Counted from the stretch's first letter, positions 25,210-39,650 are shown. The stretch: DNA of 64,000 nt from Eledone cirrhosa (GCA_964016885.1 OZ024743.1:144832001-144896000); one strand, 5' to 3'. Translations and numbers: made by a program. Notes: generated by a model not told the origin, from the sequence alone.

Positions 25210-27415
25210 CAGTATCTATGTATGGACATATGCATAAGTATGTGTTGCCATAGGAGTCGATCGAGGCATGGGTAGGGGTGGTGATTGTGTAGGGGGTGGT
25301 TTACCGTGGGCTCGGTGTGGCGGGGCTACTGTCCCTATAGCTTGAGGGAAGTTCCCATCCCAATGTGTTGTTATTGTCCATATAGCGTGAGGAAGGTCCC
25401 TTCCCTGAGGTGTCTACATGTCCCGAAGAAGTCAGTCCTGAGGTTTATTAGGCTGCTTCCACCGCTGAGTATCACAAGGGTCTCGCTCAGACATAGTTTG
25501 CAGATGCCAGATCCCCCTTTATCATTTGGTACTTTCCTGATTTTGGACCAGGCCAGAGACTACGGGCTCCTGTCCAGCTTGAGCTTCCAGATCAGTTCGG
25601 AAAGAGCCGTATTTTTTCTTTTGTCCTCTCTATTAAAGGAATGGCGATGGTTGTACCATCGGTCTTTAAAGCTCGTTGATGTGGCTTCTATGTAAAGGTG
25701 TTCAGAGTTGGGTGTTTTTACTCTACATCCGTATATTAAGTTCTTCCTTAGGCATTCATTACTAAGGGGGCATAATGCGGAGTTTCTGAAGTTGCAGGAG
25801 GTGGTCGACCCTCGAGTGCCTAGTGTGGAGTTGCCGTTGCGTATTATATGGTGGTCCTCGCCCGGGTCCGGTAGGTGGTCCCTGCGTCTGTTTGGGTTTC
25901 CAGGATGGGTACTGGGTCCACCCTTCCTTCCCTCCACATGGTTCTGCTGGGTGCTTATATTGCCAGCTTCTGGTAGTGTGTGGTTTTTAAGTTTACCCCT
26001 ATTGATGCTAGCTATGTGCTGGGCCACATTTCGCGTGGTAGAATACGAGAGCTTCACAGTGTGTCTTTTGAAGATCTTGTGGTATCTATGGTCCCTCGGG
26101 AAGCATTTATCTAGTGCTCTAAAGAATGAACGGGCCATGCTGTTCTTTAGGGCCGCTGAGTAGGGTGGATTGTACCACGTGATGTTTCTGCGTCTACTCC
26201 TATGTGGGTGGGTTGAGCGTGCCGTGGGCTGTTGGGGAGTTGTTGGGTTGCTAGTGGTTCCCGCATTGCTGCTTCTGCTTTGGGCGCTATGTGTTTTGCT
26301 AACTTCCCGGCCCATATCTGTGGAGTGGTTGTTGCCCACGCTGGGAGTTCTACAATGGGATGGTCCTCCATCAGTCCCGCTTCGTGTCTTGCGGTTGGGG
26401 GCGTCGGGCCCGGGGTGGTTAGTATCACCCCTGAGGCCGCTACTCGTACTGGGTTTCCTCCCATGGTTATGCGTACGCGTCTTCTTCTCTAATGTGGTGG
26501 TGTCGGGTTCATGGTGTTTAGTTGTTTCCACTCTGCCTGTACTGTTAGGGTCACCTCCCTCCCGGATACCGTGGGTCGGGGTATCCGATGGGCTATCCCT
26601 ATCATGGCGCCTCGGATTATATGATATATTTTGGCCATGCGCCGCCTTATTTAGAGCTGCGTTGTAATATTCTGCGTTGCTATCGAAGATCTTCTTATTG
26701 GCAGACAGGCTGGAGATCCTGTCCGAGACACTCTTCACTGTGGTTTGACTTGGCGTTAACATATACCAGTTTCTCGTTGGGATTGTGATAGGGGTAGTAT
26801 TGCTCGGTGTTCAGGTTTAGGGTGGTGTGTAGGAAGTTAACCACCTTTCTATTTGGGTCTAGCTCGATACTGAGCCCATGGTTCTTAAAGAAATGCCTAA
26901 TTTTCCTCTTCATTCTCTCCACCATAGTGGTGCTGTGGTCATAGACTGTGAAGAGAGCATCGTCACGATACAATCCGCCGCCCAGGCAGGGGATTTCTTC
27001 TTTTATCTGCTTCAGCAGGAAGATCCCAACCAGGTCCGTTACCTGTGCGTAGTCGCTGGGCCCATCATGATGTCAAAATTATTTGGCCAATCACTCATGG
27101 TCCAAAGGTTTCCACCAAAACGGATCAAGGTCTTTCGGGCGGCGTGGATGATGCCCACCTCCCAGAGGGTTAGGTCCGTTTGTTCGAATTCATATGATTC
27201 CAGTTCCTCAGAGAAATAACAACCCAACCAGGAGCTGGACATATCGGAGTATTGACGGAGTAAAACACTTCAACAACATGTGTACCTGTCTCTACCACAC
27301 CAATTCGGACTGCCTGAAGAGGTCACAGCCAATGATGGCTGTCACCGATATATATATAGCAGTACATCTTTAATAAACGAAGCCAAATTTTAAATATTTG
27401 ACTTAATTATTTTAA
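25210..27415 (-). mobile_element. Decayed GC-rich Hydra-clade-like PLE with inverted pLTR at the truncated 5' end
   Basis: LYRDDALF, VVNFLHTTLNL, RRRNITWYNPPYS, SCNFRNSALCPLSNEC, LIYGC..LYIEAT, ALSELIWKLK. RT motif A remnant near 27250-27280, then an opposite-strand HHR. Confidence 0.9.
27309..27363 (+). ncRNA. Hammerhead motif with GAAA changed to GATA
   Basis: actgc CTGAAGA ggt-c-acagcc-aatgat-ggctgt-c-acc GATA tatata TA gcagt. Confidence 0.75.
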
Positions 27416-29295
27416 ATATATATATATATATGGTGTGTATGTGTGCATCCAGTGGGGAGTTGTGTTCTCTATTCGCCTAACGCCATGGAAACCGAAATAA
27501 GCACCAGCCTGATGTGCCTCAAGGAGTCGAGACAGACTTTAGATATATGTACACACATACAGATTCTCTTCCGATATTTGGAAACAGGCTGCTGTATCTC
27601 CCATCTCTAAAAAGGGCGAAACTCCTTGAACCTGAAAACTATTGACTTATTATTTTGACTTCCAACATCTTAAATGTGAAGACTGCCCTTAACAATCACC
27701 TTCCCCAACATATTGAATCCATCTCCCCCAATGATCATCAGTACGACGTCTATAAAACATACTAGAACCCCGCTCTCCTATGTAACTCAGTAGTGGGTTC
27801 TCGCCCCTGAGAAATTTGTTGAAAACATTGTCTGTTATGTAAATTTTCTAACTAAACTGCCTATCGTTTGAGACTTATTCGTTTCCCGTCTCGTAGACTA
27901 GAGTCTTCTTGACAGATAGTACCGTGGTGACGTATGGTGATGGAGCTCTCTCTTTCTCCCCATATCTTTTTCTTCCTTTCTCTATCTCTCTCTCTCTTTC
28001 TTGCTCACTATCTCTGTCTATCTCTATCTCTCTCTCCCCATTTCTCCTCCTCTCTCCCATCAATACTCCACTAGCTCTTGTCTGTCCAAAGATTCGACGA
28101 TTTTGTCCCCAAACTCTTCTGTTTATGCATTAACGACCAGCTTGCCTTCACCCCCAACAAGCCCATACGATACCACCATTAATCTCTCCCTACTCTTATG
28201 AACTCTATGCAACCTAGACACTTCACACAAAACCCGCACAGACATTGTAAACCCAGATCTCCAATGGCGGCGTCATGCTAATCATGCCTTTAACAGCACA
28301 CAGCAATAGTCAATACACATATTAGAAACTGATTTATCCAAACTCTAATCATAAACAACATACAACAACTCTCAAAGTTACTATAAACCCTAGGCCTCAC
28401 ATTCATTGCTGATCTCTCCTGACAATCTCATATACTCAACATAGCAAAGACTGCGCCGCAACGACTATCTCCTTTGCATTGACAAAAAATACTTCCACTC
28501 CCAAGACTTACTAACCCTACACAAAGCTCAAGTATGAAACACAATAGTGTACTGCTCTCGTATCTGAGACGATGCTGCTACTTCACATTCAGACACCCTA
28601 GACAACATCTTCCCCCAAACGTGGTGTCTCCCCACTCTGTCTTTTCTCCCACTACTACAGTAATGAATTCTACTCATCGAAGCTGGCTGGTCTTGTGCAA
28701 CCTCAGCTCAGATTCCCCTGATTTATTCGTCTCTCCTCATCTTATCCCGGATATTACGTCTATTTCCACAGACTTCGTTTCAATCATTTATTTTACCTCG
28801 TTTAGTCACAACGTCTTCGCTCTGTCAATACTTCTGAGGATGCCAACTCTCTAGGACGTTCTTCCTTGCTCATGTTTTTTCCTGTAGCCATTAACTTGCA
28901 GCTGCTCGAGAAAGACATTGATCCCACTGGTCTTTTTTCCAGACTAAACAAATAAAGAAAAAAAGTCTCGCATTACAAGATATCTCTCTTCGATACGATA
29001 TCATCTGTCAAAATCAAAATATTGTATTGTCCTTTGACTATTTAGAAAGCTTTGATAATCTACTCATGTGGTATGGTATTAAATGCTTTCAGATAAGCTA
29101 GCCTAACTATAGACGACTTCCTACGGTTATTTGCCGTTTCTTCTTGAACTATTTTGTTAATGTGTAACTGTTCTCTTTAGCTCTATACTTCTTTCTTTTT
29201 TCCAAGTTATAAGTTATGATATCAATGATAGCCCAATGGCCACGTGAGAACAGATTGGAACACTTTATAAATATATATATATATATATATATATA

Positions 29296-29468
29296 AAACG
29301 AAGGAAGTGTGGTAAGGAACCAGATGGACCATAACGCACCAGAGTACTCAATACTTAGGGTAGTAGAGTGGGTAATAGGAAAATGTTTAACCCCGACGGC
29401 ATATTTCTGGTCCAGAAATAGCCGTCGAAACTGCTTCAGCTCTGCCGTCGGGGTTAAACATTTTCATA
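29296..29468. repeat. Fold-back of family B pLTR (subfamily variant)
   Basis: Tail, then aaaatgtttaaccccgacggca ... tgccgtcggggttaaacatttt. Confidence 0.85.
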
Positions 29469-29478
29469 TATATATATA

Positions 29479-31932
29479 TTTAGGTTTGAAGGTTCACCAC
29501 TGGATAGAGCTGGTCAATTCCGTGTGGTCAATCTTAATGGAGAGTACTCAACGTAAAGCAGTTCAACCGTCTTCGTTTTTGTAGTTGGTGGTGCTAGTAC
29601 GGAGTTAAATATTATAATAAAATGAGAGGAGGCTGGACTTGTGTAAATCCTTGAAAGGTTTATTATACTATGATCATTTCAATGACCGGGTTCCGTATGA
29701 ATCCGGTGATATCAGGTATTCGAAATATAATAAATGAATGTAATAGATAAAATCAATGGGGCTGAAAATCAAAGACCGGAGGACGACCGACCATCTAGCA
29801 TCTTCCACTTTAGCCGGTCGCCCTCAAGTGCTGGTTATTCGGTCTACTTGAGGCTATCTGGTGAGAGGGCTAAAGCTTATAGTGTGCTACTACCCTCCCG
29901 GTCAAATAGAATAAAAACAGAAAGCGAGAGGAAGATAAGTCATGCTACAAGAAAAAAGACAGAAAGAAGGGGGAAGAAAAGGAAGAAGAAGAAAAGTCAG
30001 CGTTAATGTCGAGCTACAAGAAGAAAGACAGAAAGAAAGAGGAAGAAAAGTCCGTACTAATGTCAAGCTACAGTCAGGCCAGGAATGGCGCGAAAAAAAT
30101 TTATTCTAAAGGACCCGTATCTTAACAGAGGTATATATTATAACAGAGGTAAATATAGTGGGGGTCTGCATGTTATAATGTGTGAGCAGAAGATTGGAAC
30201 GTTAAATCTTTGTTTAGATTTATAGGATGAAGTTACAAAAATTTAATATTTAATATTAACATTATAAAATTAAAGAAATTAGAAAATTGAAAATTAAACA
30301 GTTTAAAATTTTTAAGATTTTGGTTGCGAGGTTTAAGTAAAGAAAGAGTCTTTTATGAAGAAACTTAAAATATATTATAGAGTAAAAATTATGTCTTTAT
30401 TTAGCAGTCAAACAGCATGCGGCGACTGCAGGCTCCGGCCAGCCCATCCTAACCGCGTGTCAGCCATTCCGAGTAAGATCGCCTAGCAAAAGATATGGAA
30501 ATCAATTTTTCCAAGCACTCTAGGAATGTATAACAGGCTTCAGGTGCGCCAGTGGGAAGTCAGCCCTCATCGTTAGGCCATCCTTGTATCAAACCAGTAG
30601 TATTAATTTACCCAGGAGGGGGATTTGTTTAAGTAGAGGGAGTCGTGATACATCTAATAGTTATGATTAGTTCTATAATATAAAGGTACTATATGGCGGT
30701 CAAAAATCCGGCTGCGCGCCAGGCCCCTGGGGCGAATCATCCGCTCCGAGTAGTTTCATTTACCGAAAGGAGGGGAAATTTACTTTTCCAAGCACTCAAG
30801 GTAGGCCTATGCGCCAGGAGGCCGGTCCCGCCGCCAGGAAAACGAACCCAACAGTCCGACAGAAAATTGGAACGTTAAATTATTGTTTAGATTTATAGGA
30901 TGGAGTTAAAAAAATTAAAGATTAACATTATAAAATTAAAGAGTTAGACAATTGAGAATTAAACAATTAGAAAATTGAAAATTAAACAGTTTAAAACTTT
31001 TTTAAGGTTTGGGGTTGCGAGGTTTAGTTAAAGAGAGAGTCTTTTATGAAGAAACTTTAATTGTATTATAGAGATCCTCTATAAGTTATGCTAGTGGGAT
31101 GTAGAGTAAAGGATATGTCCTTGTTTAGCAATCAGACAGCATGTGGCAACTGCAGACCCCGGCCTGCCCATCCTAATCACATGTCAGCCATTCCAAGTGA
31201 GATCGCCTAGCGAAAGATATGGAAATCAATTATTCCAAGCACTCAAGGAATGTATTCCAGCCTTCGGGTGTGCTAGTGGGGAGTCATCCATCGTCGTTAT
31301 GCCGTCGTTATGCCAAACGAGTACTATACAGGAGAGTCCGGGTAATATGTATTTTTGTTCTCAGGGGGAGACATTCTAGTGTCGTGTGCTAATGGGTACA
31401 AGCGAGTAAAAGTCCGAATAAGAGGAGTAAAAAATACATGGATATATAGAAGTAGAATACGTGGAAAAAGCACATTAATAAAGCAAAGGTAGAAAGATAT
31501 AAATAAACAAACAAGAGTGGTGGTGGAGTAAAATGGAGAAATCAGAACACAGGAGAAATACAATATAGTTCAGGTTGCAGTATTTTTGTTCTCAGGGGGA
31601 GACATTCCAGTGTCGTGTGCTAATGGGTACAAGCGAGTAAAAGTCCGAATAAGAGGAGTAAAAAATACATGGATATATAGACGTAGAATACGTGGAAAAA
31701 GCACATAGAGGGAGGCGTGCTACATCTAATAGTTATGATTAGTTCTATAATTTAAAGGTACTATATGGCGGTCACCAGATAGCCTCAAGTAGACCGAATA
31801 GCCAGCACTTGAGGGCGACCGACTAAAGTGGAAGATGCTAGATGGTAGGTCGTCCTCCGGTCTTTGATTTTCAGCCCCATGGATTTTATCTATTACATTC
31901 ATTTATTATATTTCGAATACCTGATGATATCA
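29479..31932 (-). mobile_element. Rearranged family A subfamily copy (tail, broken HHR, X2, X1, second X2, internal duplication of 230 nt, terminal inversion)
   Basis: Homologous to 3246-3700 and 5290-5950. tatttttgttctcagggggagacatt at 31351 and 31581. About 31773-31932 is inverted relative to about 29705-29862. Confidence 0.85.
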
Positions 31933-31992
31933 CTAGCTGTATATTCTTAGCATAATTTCAAACCCGGAGCAACGCCGGGTAAATCTGCTAGT
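31933..31992 (+). mobile_element. Helitron-like 3' terminus
   Basis: Hairpin acccgg-agcaacg-ccgggt followed shortly by CTAG|T. Confidence 0.55.
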
Positions 31993-32003
31993 ATATATAT
32001 ATA

Positions 32004-32744
32004 TAATAAAGGTATGCATTCCTGCATGTAATTAATACACACGGGGACGCAAGCATATTCCGACCGTATGCCTGTGTGGTTCAATGGCAAGTTAATAAAT
32101 TAACAAGCCAGAACATATAAAATCAAGGGAGTGTAAACACAGAAAATATCTTAAAAAATAATATTATTTAAATTCAAAAGAATTCACTGTACTTACTATA
32201 TGTGCCTTTACCGCGGTTTCAGATCCCAAACAAATAGATAATCCAAGCGGATTTCTATAGAGAAAGAGATCATCGTCAGAAGGCTTTACTCTCTCGGAGA
32301 ATATAAAATTCCCGAGTTCAAATTACAAACTGGCGCCATACAAAACTGCTTCAGAATGAGCGTGGATGAATGATGAAACAATTTCATTATGGACCGTGTG
32401 CAAAGACAAAGCATGGTGGACAGGTCAATCCCGTGCTGCTAAAAATAGCAGCCGTTCAAACGACCAAAGGTTTCTCTACCATTGGGGAGAATAATAATAA
32501 AGGCATTCACTCTCATTCTGAGGCAGTTTTGTATGGCGCTAGTTTGTAATTTGAACTCGGGAATTTTATATTCTCCGAGAGATAAAAGCCTTCTGACGAT
32601 GATCTCTTTCTCAATGTAAATCCGCTTGGATTATCTATTTGTTTGGGATCTGAAACCGCGATAGGGGCACATATAGTAAGAACAGTGAATTTTTTTGAAT
32701 TTAATTTTATTTTTAAAGATATTTTCTGCGTTTACACTCCCTTG

Positions 32745-32750
<6 letters not shown>
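32004..32750. repeat. Fold-back pLTR element with HHR in both arms (32204-32284 minus, 32588-32668 plus)
   Basis: About 32116-32360 is inverted at about 32512-32750. gcctt CTGACGA t-gatctc...gggatc-t GAAA ccgcgg TA aaggc. Confidence 0.88.
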
Positions 32751-32806
<56 letters not shown>

Positions 32807-32853
32807 GCTGCTGGTTTTTGTGAGGTTATAATGAGGTTTTTAATCTTAAATAA

Positions 32854-32900
32854 CTGATTTTGACAAGTCCCAGGATGGGGGTGAAACGTTCGTAAATCAG
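32854..32900 (+). ncRNA. Hammerhead motif, U3:A8 variant
   Basis: ctgatt TTGACAA gtccc-aggatg-ggggt GAAA cgttcg TA aatcag. Confidence 0.8.
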
Positions 32901-33025
32901 CATTTAATGTAAAAACGTGTTTGGTGTCTATTTTAATGAATAATTTGCTTCATGTGTAATTATTATTTTTAGCACAATAGGATTTTGTATACGTGCTTTT
33001 TTGGAAAATTCTTCAAAGAAGCATG

Positions 33026-33435
33026 AAACATAGCCTTTTGTACTGCTTACGAAATTTCTATACATATTTGTATAAAGCTATGCTTGAAGCTAAATCCTAT
33101 TTCTATTCTATTATAAGTTGAGCCAACTTATGCAGCTTCATATGCAAATGAGATTAATCACCTCATTTACACAGACGAGAAAACTATATATTCTCGACTG
33201 TTCTCAAGTCCAGCAGTTGCAAGCGGTGGGAGGGAACGTCCTGAGGAAGGCCAGTCAAGCCTGAAATGCGTAGACAGTTGTCCCCTTTGCTTCTGCTGGA
33301 CACCACCAGAGGGCATCAGCTCCGGTGTTTGCATAGCTACGGCTTCCTAAATGTTTCTTGTAAACATACCGTGTTTCTTTAGAAATACGAAATTTCTATA
33401 CATATTTTATATAAAGCTATGCTTGAAGCGAAATG

Positions 33436-33440
<5 letters not shown>
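33026..33440 (+). mobile_element. Small retrozyme-like unit, period about 338 nt
   Basis: tacgaaatttctatacatattt..tataaagctatgcttgaagc at 33048 and 33386; central HHR. Confidence 0.8.
33238..33275 (+). ncRNA. Canonical-core hammerhead motif inside an extended hairpin
   Basis: gtc CTGAGGA aggc-cagtcaa-gcct GAAA tgcg TA gac; outer helix gtccagcag/ctgctggac. Confidence 0.88.
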
Positions 33441-34885
<1,445 letters not shown>

Positions 34886-35490
34886 TTATACATAATTCTC
34901 TTGACGGTTATTGGTGAGTAACGTTTGGCTTGGGCGGTTTGGCAGTGTTAGGAAATGAGTGGTAAATCTGATAATCATTTGGACAGATATATGAAATGTT
35001 CTACACACTTTTCATAAACTGTGATCAGATTCCTGTGATAAACGGTTTACACCAATACTATGTAAGCCAGGGGATTTTCTATTTGAAAGTGTCTTTTCAG
35101 CTTTCCCTATACATCGCCATTTATTAGATACTGTCCTTGCTCAAAATGTTTGCTACAGCTCTGATCTACTTCATTCATTCACTTTGCTTGTTAAACTTGT
35201 AATTTATTCCCCAATAGATTTGAAATAACTTCTAACTAATTGTTCTGATGAGATAACATTTATAGTAATTGTTAAAATTTCGAGTATTTTGCGAACAATC
35301 GATTCAGCTTGTTGAGTTTAGTAGTAAGAAACTTTCGATTCGAGAGAGCTGGACAGCAGAAGGTCAAGGAATCTTTAATAATCTCCCCACCAAAGTTAAC
35401 AAAGAACTTACTAGATCTACAAAACCAAATTGTAAAATCATATAAAATTAAATTAAATTGTTTAGAACTACAAGTGAAGTTATTCTCTTC

Positions 35491-35526
<36 letters not shown>

Positions 35527-35531
<5 letters not shown>

Positions 35532-35879
35532 GTGAGGTTTTTTTACAAAATGAAAAATAACCGAGGTGTCCTACACGAGTGAAAGTGTAAAGAAAAAAAG
35601 ATGAAATCGAAAATGCAACTGGAGTCTTATTTAAAAAAATATATATATATATTTATTTGGTTCCTTTACCGATTTCGCAGTTCTGCTTTTCAAAAGTAGA
35701 GTTGAGATGGAGGGTCTGTGGTTTTTCTCACACCAGATGTGAGAAAAACCACAGACTCTCCATTTCAACTCTACTTTTGAAAAGCAGAAGAACTGCGAAA
35801 CCGGTAAAGGAACCAAATAAATATATATATTTTTTTTAAAAATAAGACTCCAGTTGCATTTTCGATTTCATCTTTTTTT

Positions 35880-35883
<4 letters not shown>
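35527..35883. repeat. Fold-back pLTR with U3:A8 minimal HHR (35774-35809 plus; 35664-35696 minus)
   Basis: ctt TTGAAAA gcag-aagaa-ctgc GAAA ccgg TA aag. Relatives at 35964-36060 and 60390-60535. Confidence 0.87.
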
Positions 35884-35966
<83 letters not shown>

Positions 35967-36098
35967 AAAATGAGTGTCTTTTTAATAAAAATAATGAGAT
36001 GTCCTACACGGGTGAAAGTATAAGGAAAAGAAATCGAAAATGCAACTGGAGTCTTTTTAATGGAGCGTTTGTGTGTGCGTGCGTGCGTGCGTGCGTGC

Positions 36099-36129
<31 letters not shown>

Positions 36130-36327
36130 CAGAGTCTTTAGAACGTCGGATAGAGTGCTTTGCGCTATTCGTTCCACCTCTCTGCTCACTGTGTTCAAAT
36201 CCCGCCTAGGTCAACTTTGCCTTTCATACTTTCGAGGTCGATAAAAAAGTACCAGTCGATTCTCCCTCTATATCTCTTTGTCACTTTCTTTGTCTCTCTC
36301 TCTATCCTTCACTGAAAGAATCTTCTA

Positions 36328-36433
36328 TGTTCAGACCTGGAGATAAGATGGGCTGCATCAGATTTTAAAATTCCCTAAGAAACACCATATTACAATATGG
36401 TGCACCTTTATCATGAGTTACGGATCCATACCA

Positions 36434-36485
<52 letters not shown>

Positions 36486-36538
36486 TGTTTCTTAGGGCAT
36501 TTTAAAATCTGATGGAGCCCATCTTATCTCCAGATCTG

Positions 36539-36542
<4 letters not shown>
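36328..36542. repeat. Inverted repeat of about 60 bp around a (TA)n tract
   Basis: atgttcagacctggag...gaaacaccata / tatggtgtttc...ctgaacat. Confidence 0.8.
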
Positions 36543-36582
<40 letters not shown>

Positions 36583-36587
<5 letters not shown>

Positions 36588-36658
36588 ATAATAATAAATT
36601 TGAAGACTAAAAGCAGCGATTCTTTGCTTAAACTTTAATCTGTTATTTTAATAAATAT
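36583..36658. mobile_element. Minimal derivative (about 75 bp) of the 11053-14177 PLE consisting only of its two ends
   Basis: tagtaataataataaa.ttgaagactaaaa matches 11053-11082, fused to gcagcgattctttgcttaaactttaatctgttattttaataaatat matching 14132-14177. Confidence 0.9.
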
Positions 36659-37085
36659 ATATATATATATATTTAATACAATAACAGAGAAAGCTTTACG
36701 CTAAACTCCGACTGGTAACCATCTCACTCAACAAACATTAGGTTATACGTTAGTATAAACCCAATTTAGTGTCCGGGGTGCTAACTATATGTATTTTGTG
36801 GAAAGCCAGTTGTATTATTTTATATGAGATATAATTAAAGTTAAATATATCTCTCTTTCCAAACAATTGTTTCATTATAAGTTTTCTACAAGTTGGGAGA
36901 ATGTTTCCAGTTTATATAGAAGCCTAATATATTTTCATGTAAGAATATAATTAGGTGGGCACTTATAAATCGTCAGTGGAAGCCCATTAAACTTTGATAT
37001 AAGAAAAATTTCTTACCGCAGTTAATTTTCGTGTCTGCTAATTTGTCCCTTCACGCATCGAATGACCGCCAAATTTGAAATTCCA

Positions 37086-37174
<89 letters not shown>

Positions 37175-39237
37175 TCAAAGGATATAAATCATCGGCTAGA
37201 AGTGTGTTGGCCCGTAGAAGTGATAGGAAGAAACGAGAAAGGGATAAAATAGACAAGAGGGGATCTCACAAATATTAAATTTTGCCATCTGCTTTTAGAC
37301 CATCTGTAGTTTCGACGATTTAACTAAAAGGACCACGTAAGATAGTTGGTTCGTAACAACGGAGAAATAAATATCTCCGTTGATATAATGTTTGTGGGAG
37401 AAACGAATAGATCGATAGGTAGACAGACAGGTCAGTGACTCAAAGGCCATGGATCCAACATCTCCCAGACCAAAATAGTAATAATGATTTTTTGTTTAGG
37501 TATAAGGCCAGACATCTAGGGGAAGGGAAAGGTTGCTTACATCGACCACAGTACTTGACTGGTACTTTATTTTATCGACTTCGGGAGGATGAAACGTAAA
37601 GTTGACTTCAGCGGGATTTGAACTCAGAACGTAAAGAGATGAAACAAATACTGTTAAGCATTTGGCTTGTGCTCTAACGACTCTATCAATTCACCCTTCA
37701 TAATGTTTTCTAATTTAGGCATAAGGCTACCAATTTTGGAGAATGGGGACAATCGATTATTCTGATCTCAGCATTCTACTGGCTACATTATCGAACTCGA
37801 AAAGTTAAAAAGCAAAGTTGACTTCAACATGAATCGAAACCAGAAATACTGCAATAAATTTCATCTAACGTACTAATGATTCTGCCAACTCACCGCCCTT
37901 ACCAAAATAATAACAATAATTAAGAAAAACAACATCCAAAGCATTATTGCTATGATTGAATGATAGGAATACGTTCTTAGTGTTTCTATCATGGCTGAAG
38001 TCAACACAAGGATCTCTAACTCAGTTGTGTGAGATAACGAAACACTTGGCACGTTTAGAGAGCAGTTGATGCCACTGTTTTGATCAAATGGCCATTCCAC
38101 TTTTAGAGTTACCGGTAGGTTGTTGTTGTTTCGTCCTAGATTAGTTCTGGTCATGTAGACATATTATTAAATGTATACTGATATTTTCTACTTGCGTTTT
38201 TAGTTTGCTAGTTAGGTGTATTATACATACTTCCTCATCTATGAGAGTGTATTGCCAAAATAAAAAACTTGGGTAGCTAAAAAATCCTTCAAAATGAGAG
38301 TTTTAAAAAGACACATGATAAGTGCTATACTCTGGGAAATGGATCAAAAGGTATCTCTATTTTACTGTCGTGGTATAGATTACATTGCTATGTCTAGTTA
38401 TATTTGCCATCTGTCTAATATTTTATCATACTTAGCATAGGATAGACCGCTTTAATTGTATAAACACAGTAGTTATAGTTTGTGAAGGTATATAGCCAGA
38501 AATTGAACCCCCTGGCCTTATGATTCTGAGTCCAACACCATAACCATTAGGCCACTCACCTTCACAACCTATCCAATTTTGTTTATAAAAATATGCATTA
38601 TATTCTATAATTAAATTGTATAAAACTAAACAGCTGGAACTTTATTTCCTGTATTTGAAGAAATATTTTAAGAGTAGTGTTGTTTTCTGTGTCCAACCTG
38701 ATTGAAAAGATCTATGATCAAAGAAATTCCAGCAGTGAGCATCCTGTCTTTTTAGGGGGGTATCTATGACTACATTATTTAATGCAGTGTTTCCTAAAGT
38801 GGGTTACAAATAATCCCAAATACTCCACAAACACTTCTGGTGTTCTGTAAGACAAGGTGTCTTAATATAATTTAATAAGAATGTTTTTAATGAATAAATT
38901 CTCTCTCTGAAACATATTTTGTTTCATTTATTGTCAGTGAAATTAGAATGGGGAGATTGTTAATAAAATATAAGTATGGTTTCTGCTATTTTTTAAACAT
39001 TTTATAGGAATTCCGCGATAAAATAAGTTAGGAAACCATTATTAAAGTGTATCCTTTTCTTATTTAACCCTGTTGATACCAACCTGCCTGAAACAGCACT
39101 GGCTTTATGATATACAACTCTTCATACTTATATTAAAACCTTCCATCATAATTTTATTTATGAAAACTGTGTTAAGTAATGTTTCAAACATCAGTTTACT
39201 AATGAAACTGTTAGTTATCTTAGATAAAGAAATCATT

Positions 39238-39650
39238 ATTACAGCCAAATCTTATTCATATCTTACCTTCATGCCTTAGAAAGAAGAAATGATACATTTG
39301 GTAGTGTACTCCTAGATATAATATTCTTAAAAATAAAAACAGGATGAACATGACTGGAACAACTTTAATAATTGTTTCTACTTTTGGCACGAGGCCAGCA
39401 ATTACCCCAGTGCATTACTGGTACTTTATTTTATCATCCTTACGGGGGTCGATAAAATAAAGCACCAGTAATGCACTGGGGGTAAGTGCTGGCCTTGTGC
39501 CAAAAGTAGAAACAATTATTAAAGTTGTTCCAGTCATGTTCATCCTGTTTTTATTTTTAAGCATATTATATCTAGGAGTACACTACCAAATGTATCATTT
39601 CTTCTTTCTAAGGCATGAGGGTAAGATATGAATACGATTTGGCTGTAATT
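39238..39650. repeat. Inverted duplication of about 200 bp with a SINE 3' half at the apex
   Basis: 39238-39435 is the reverse complement of about 39451-39649, with few mismatches. Confidence 0.88.

Noticed and set aside
25708-26667. Hydrophobic plus-strand ORFs resembling membrane proteins
   Set aside because: Antisense shadows of the PLE ORF.
27600-28900. Traces resembling a very old Penelope-type RT; similar faint traces at 53050-53760 (pogo-like) and 58900-59800 (Hydra-like PLE)
   Set aside because: Only 4-8-residue resemblances; needs a profile search.
36922-36979. Degenerate HHR-like strings here and at about 14305-14365, 46385-46440, 60442-60477 and 61544-61580
   Set aside because: Core words are present but at least one stem or core base fails, so they were not counted.
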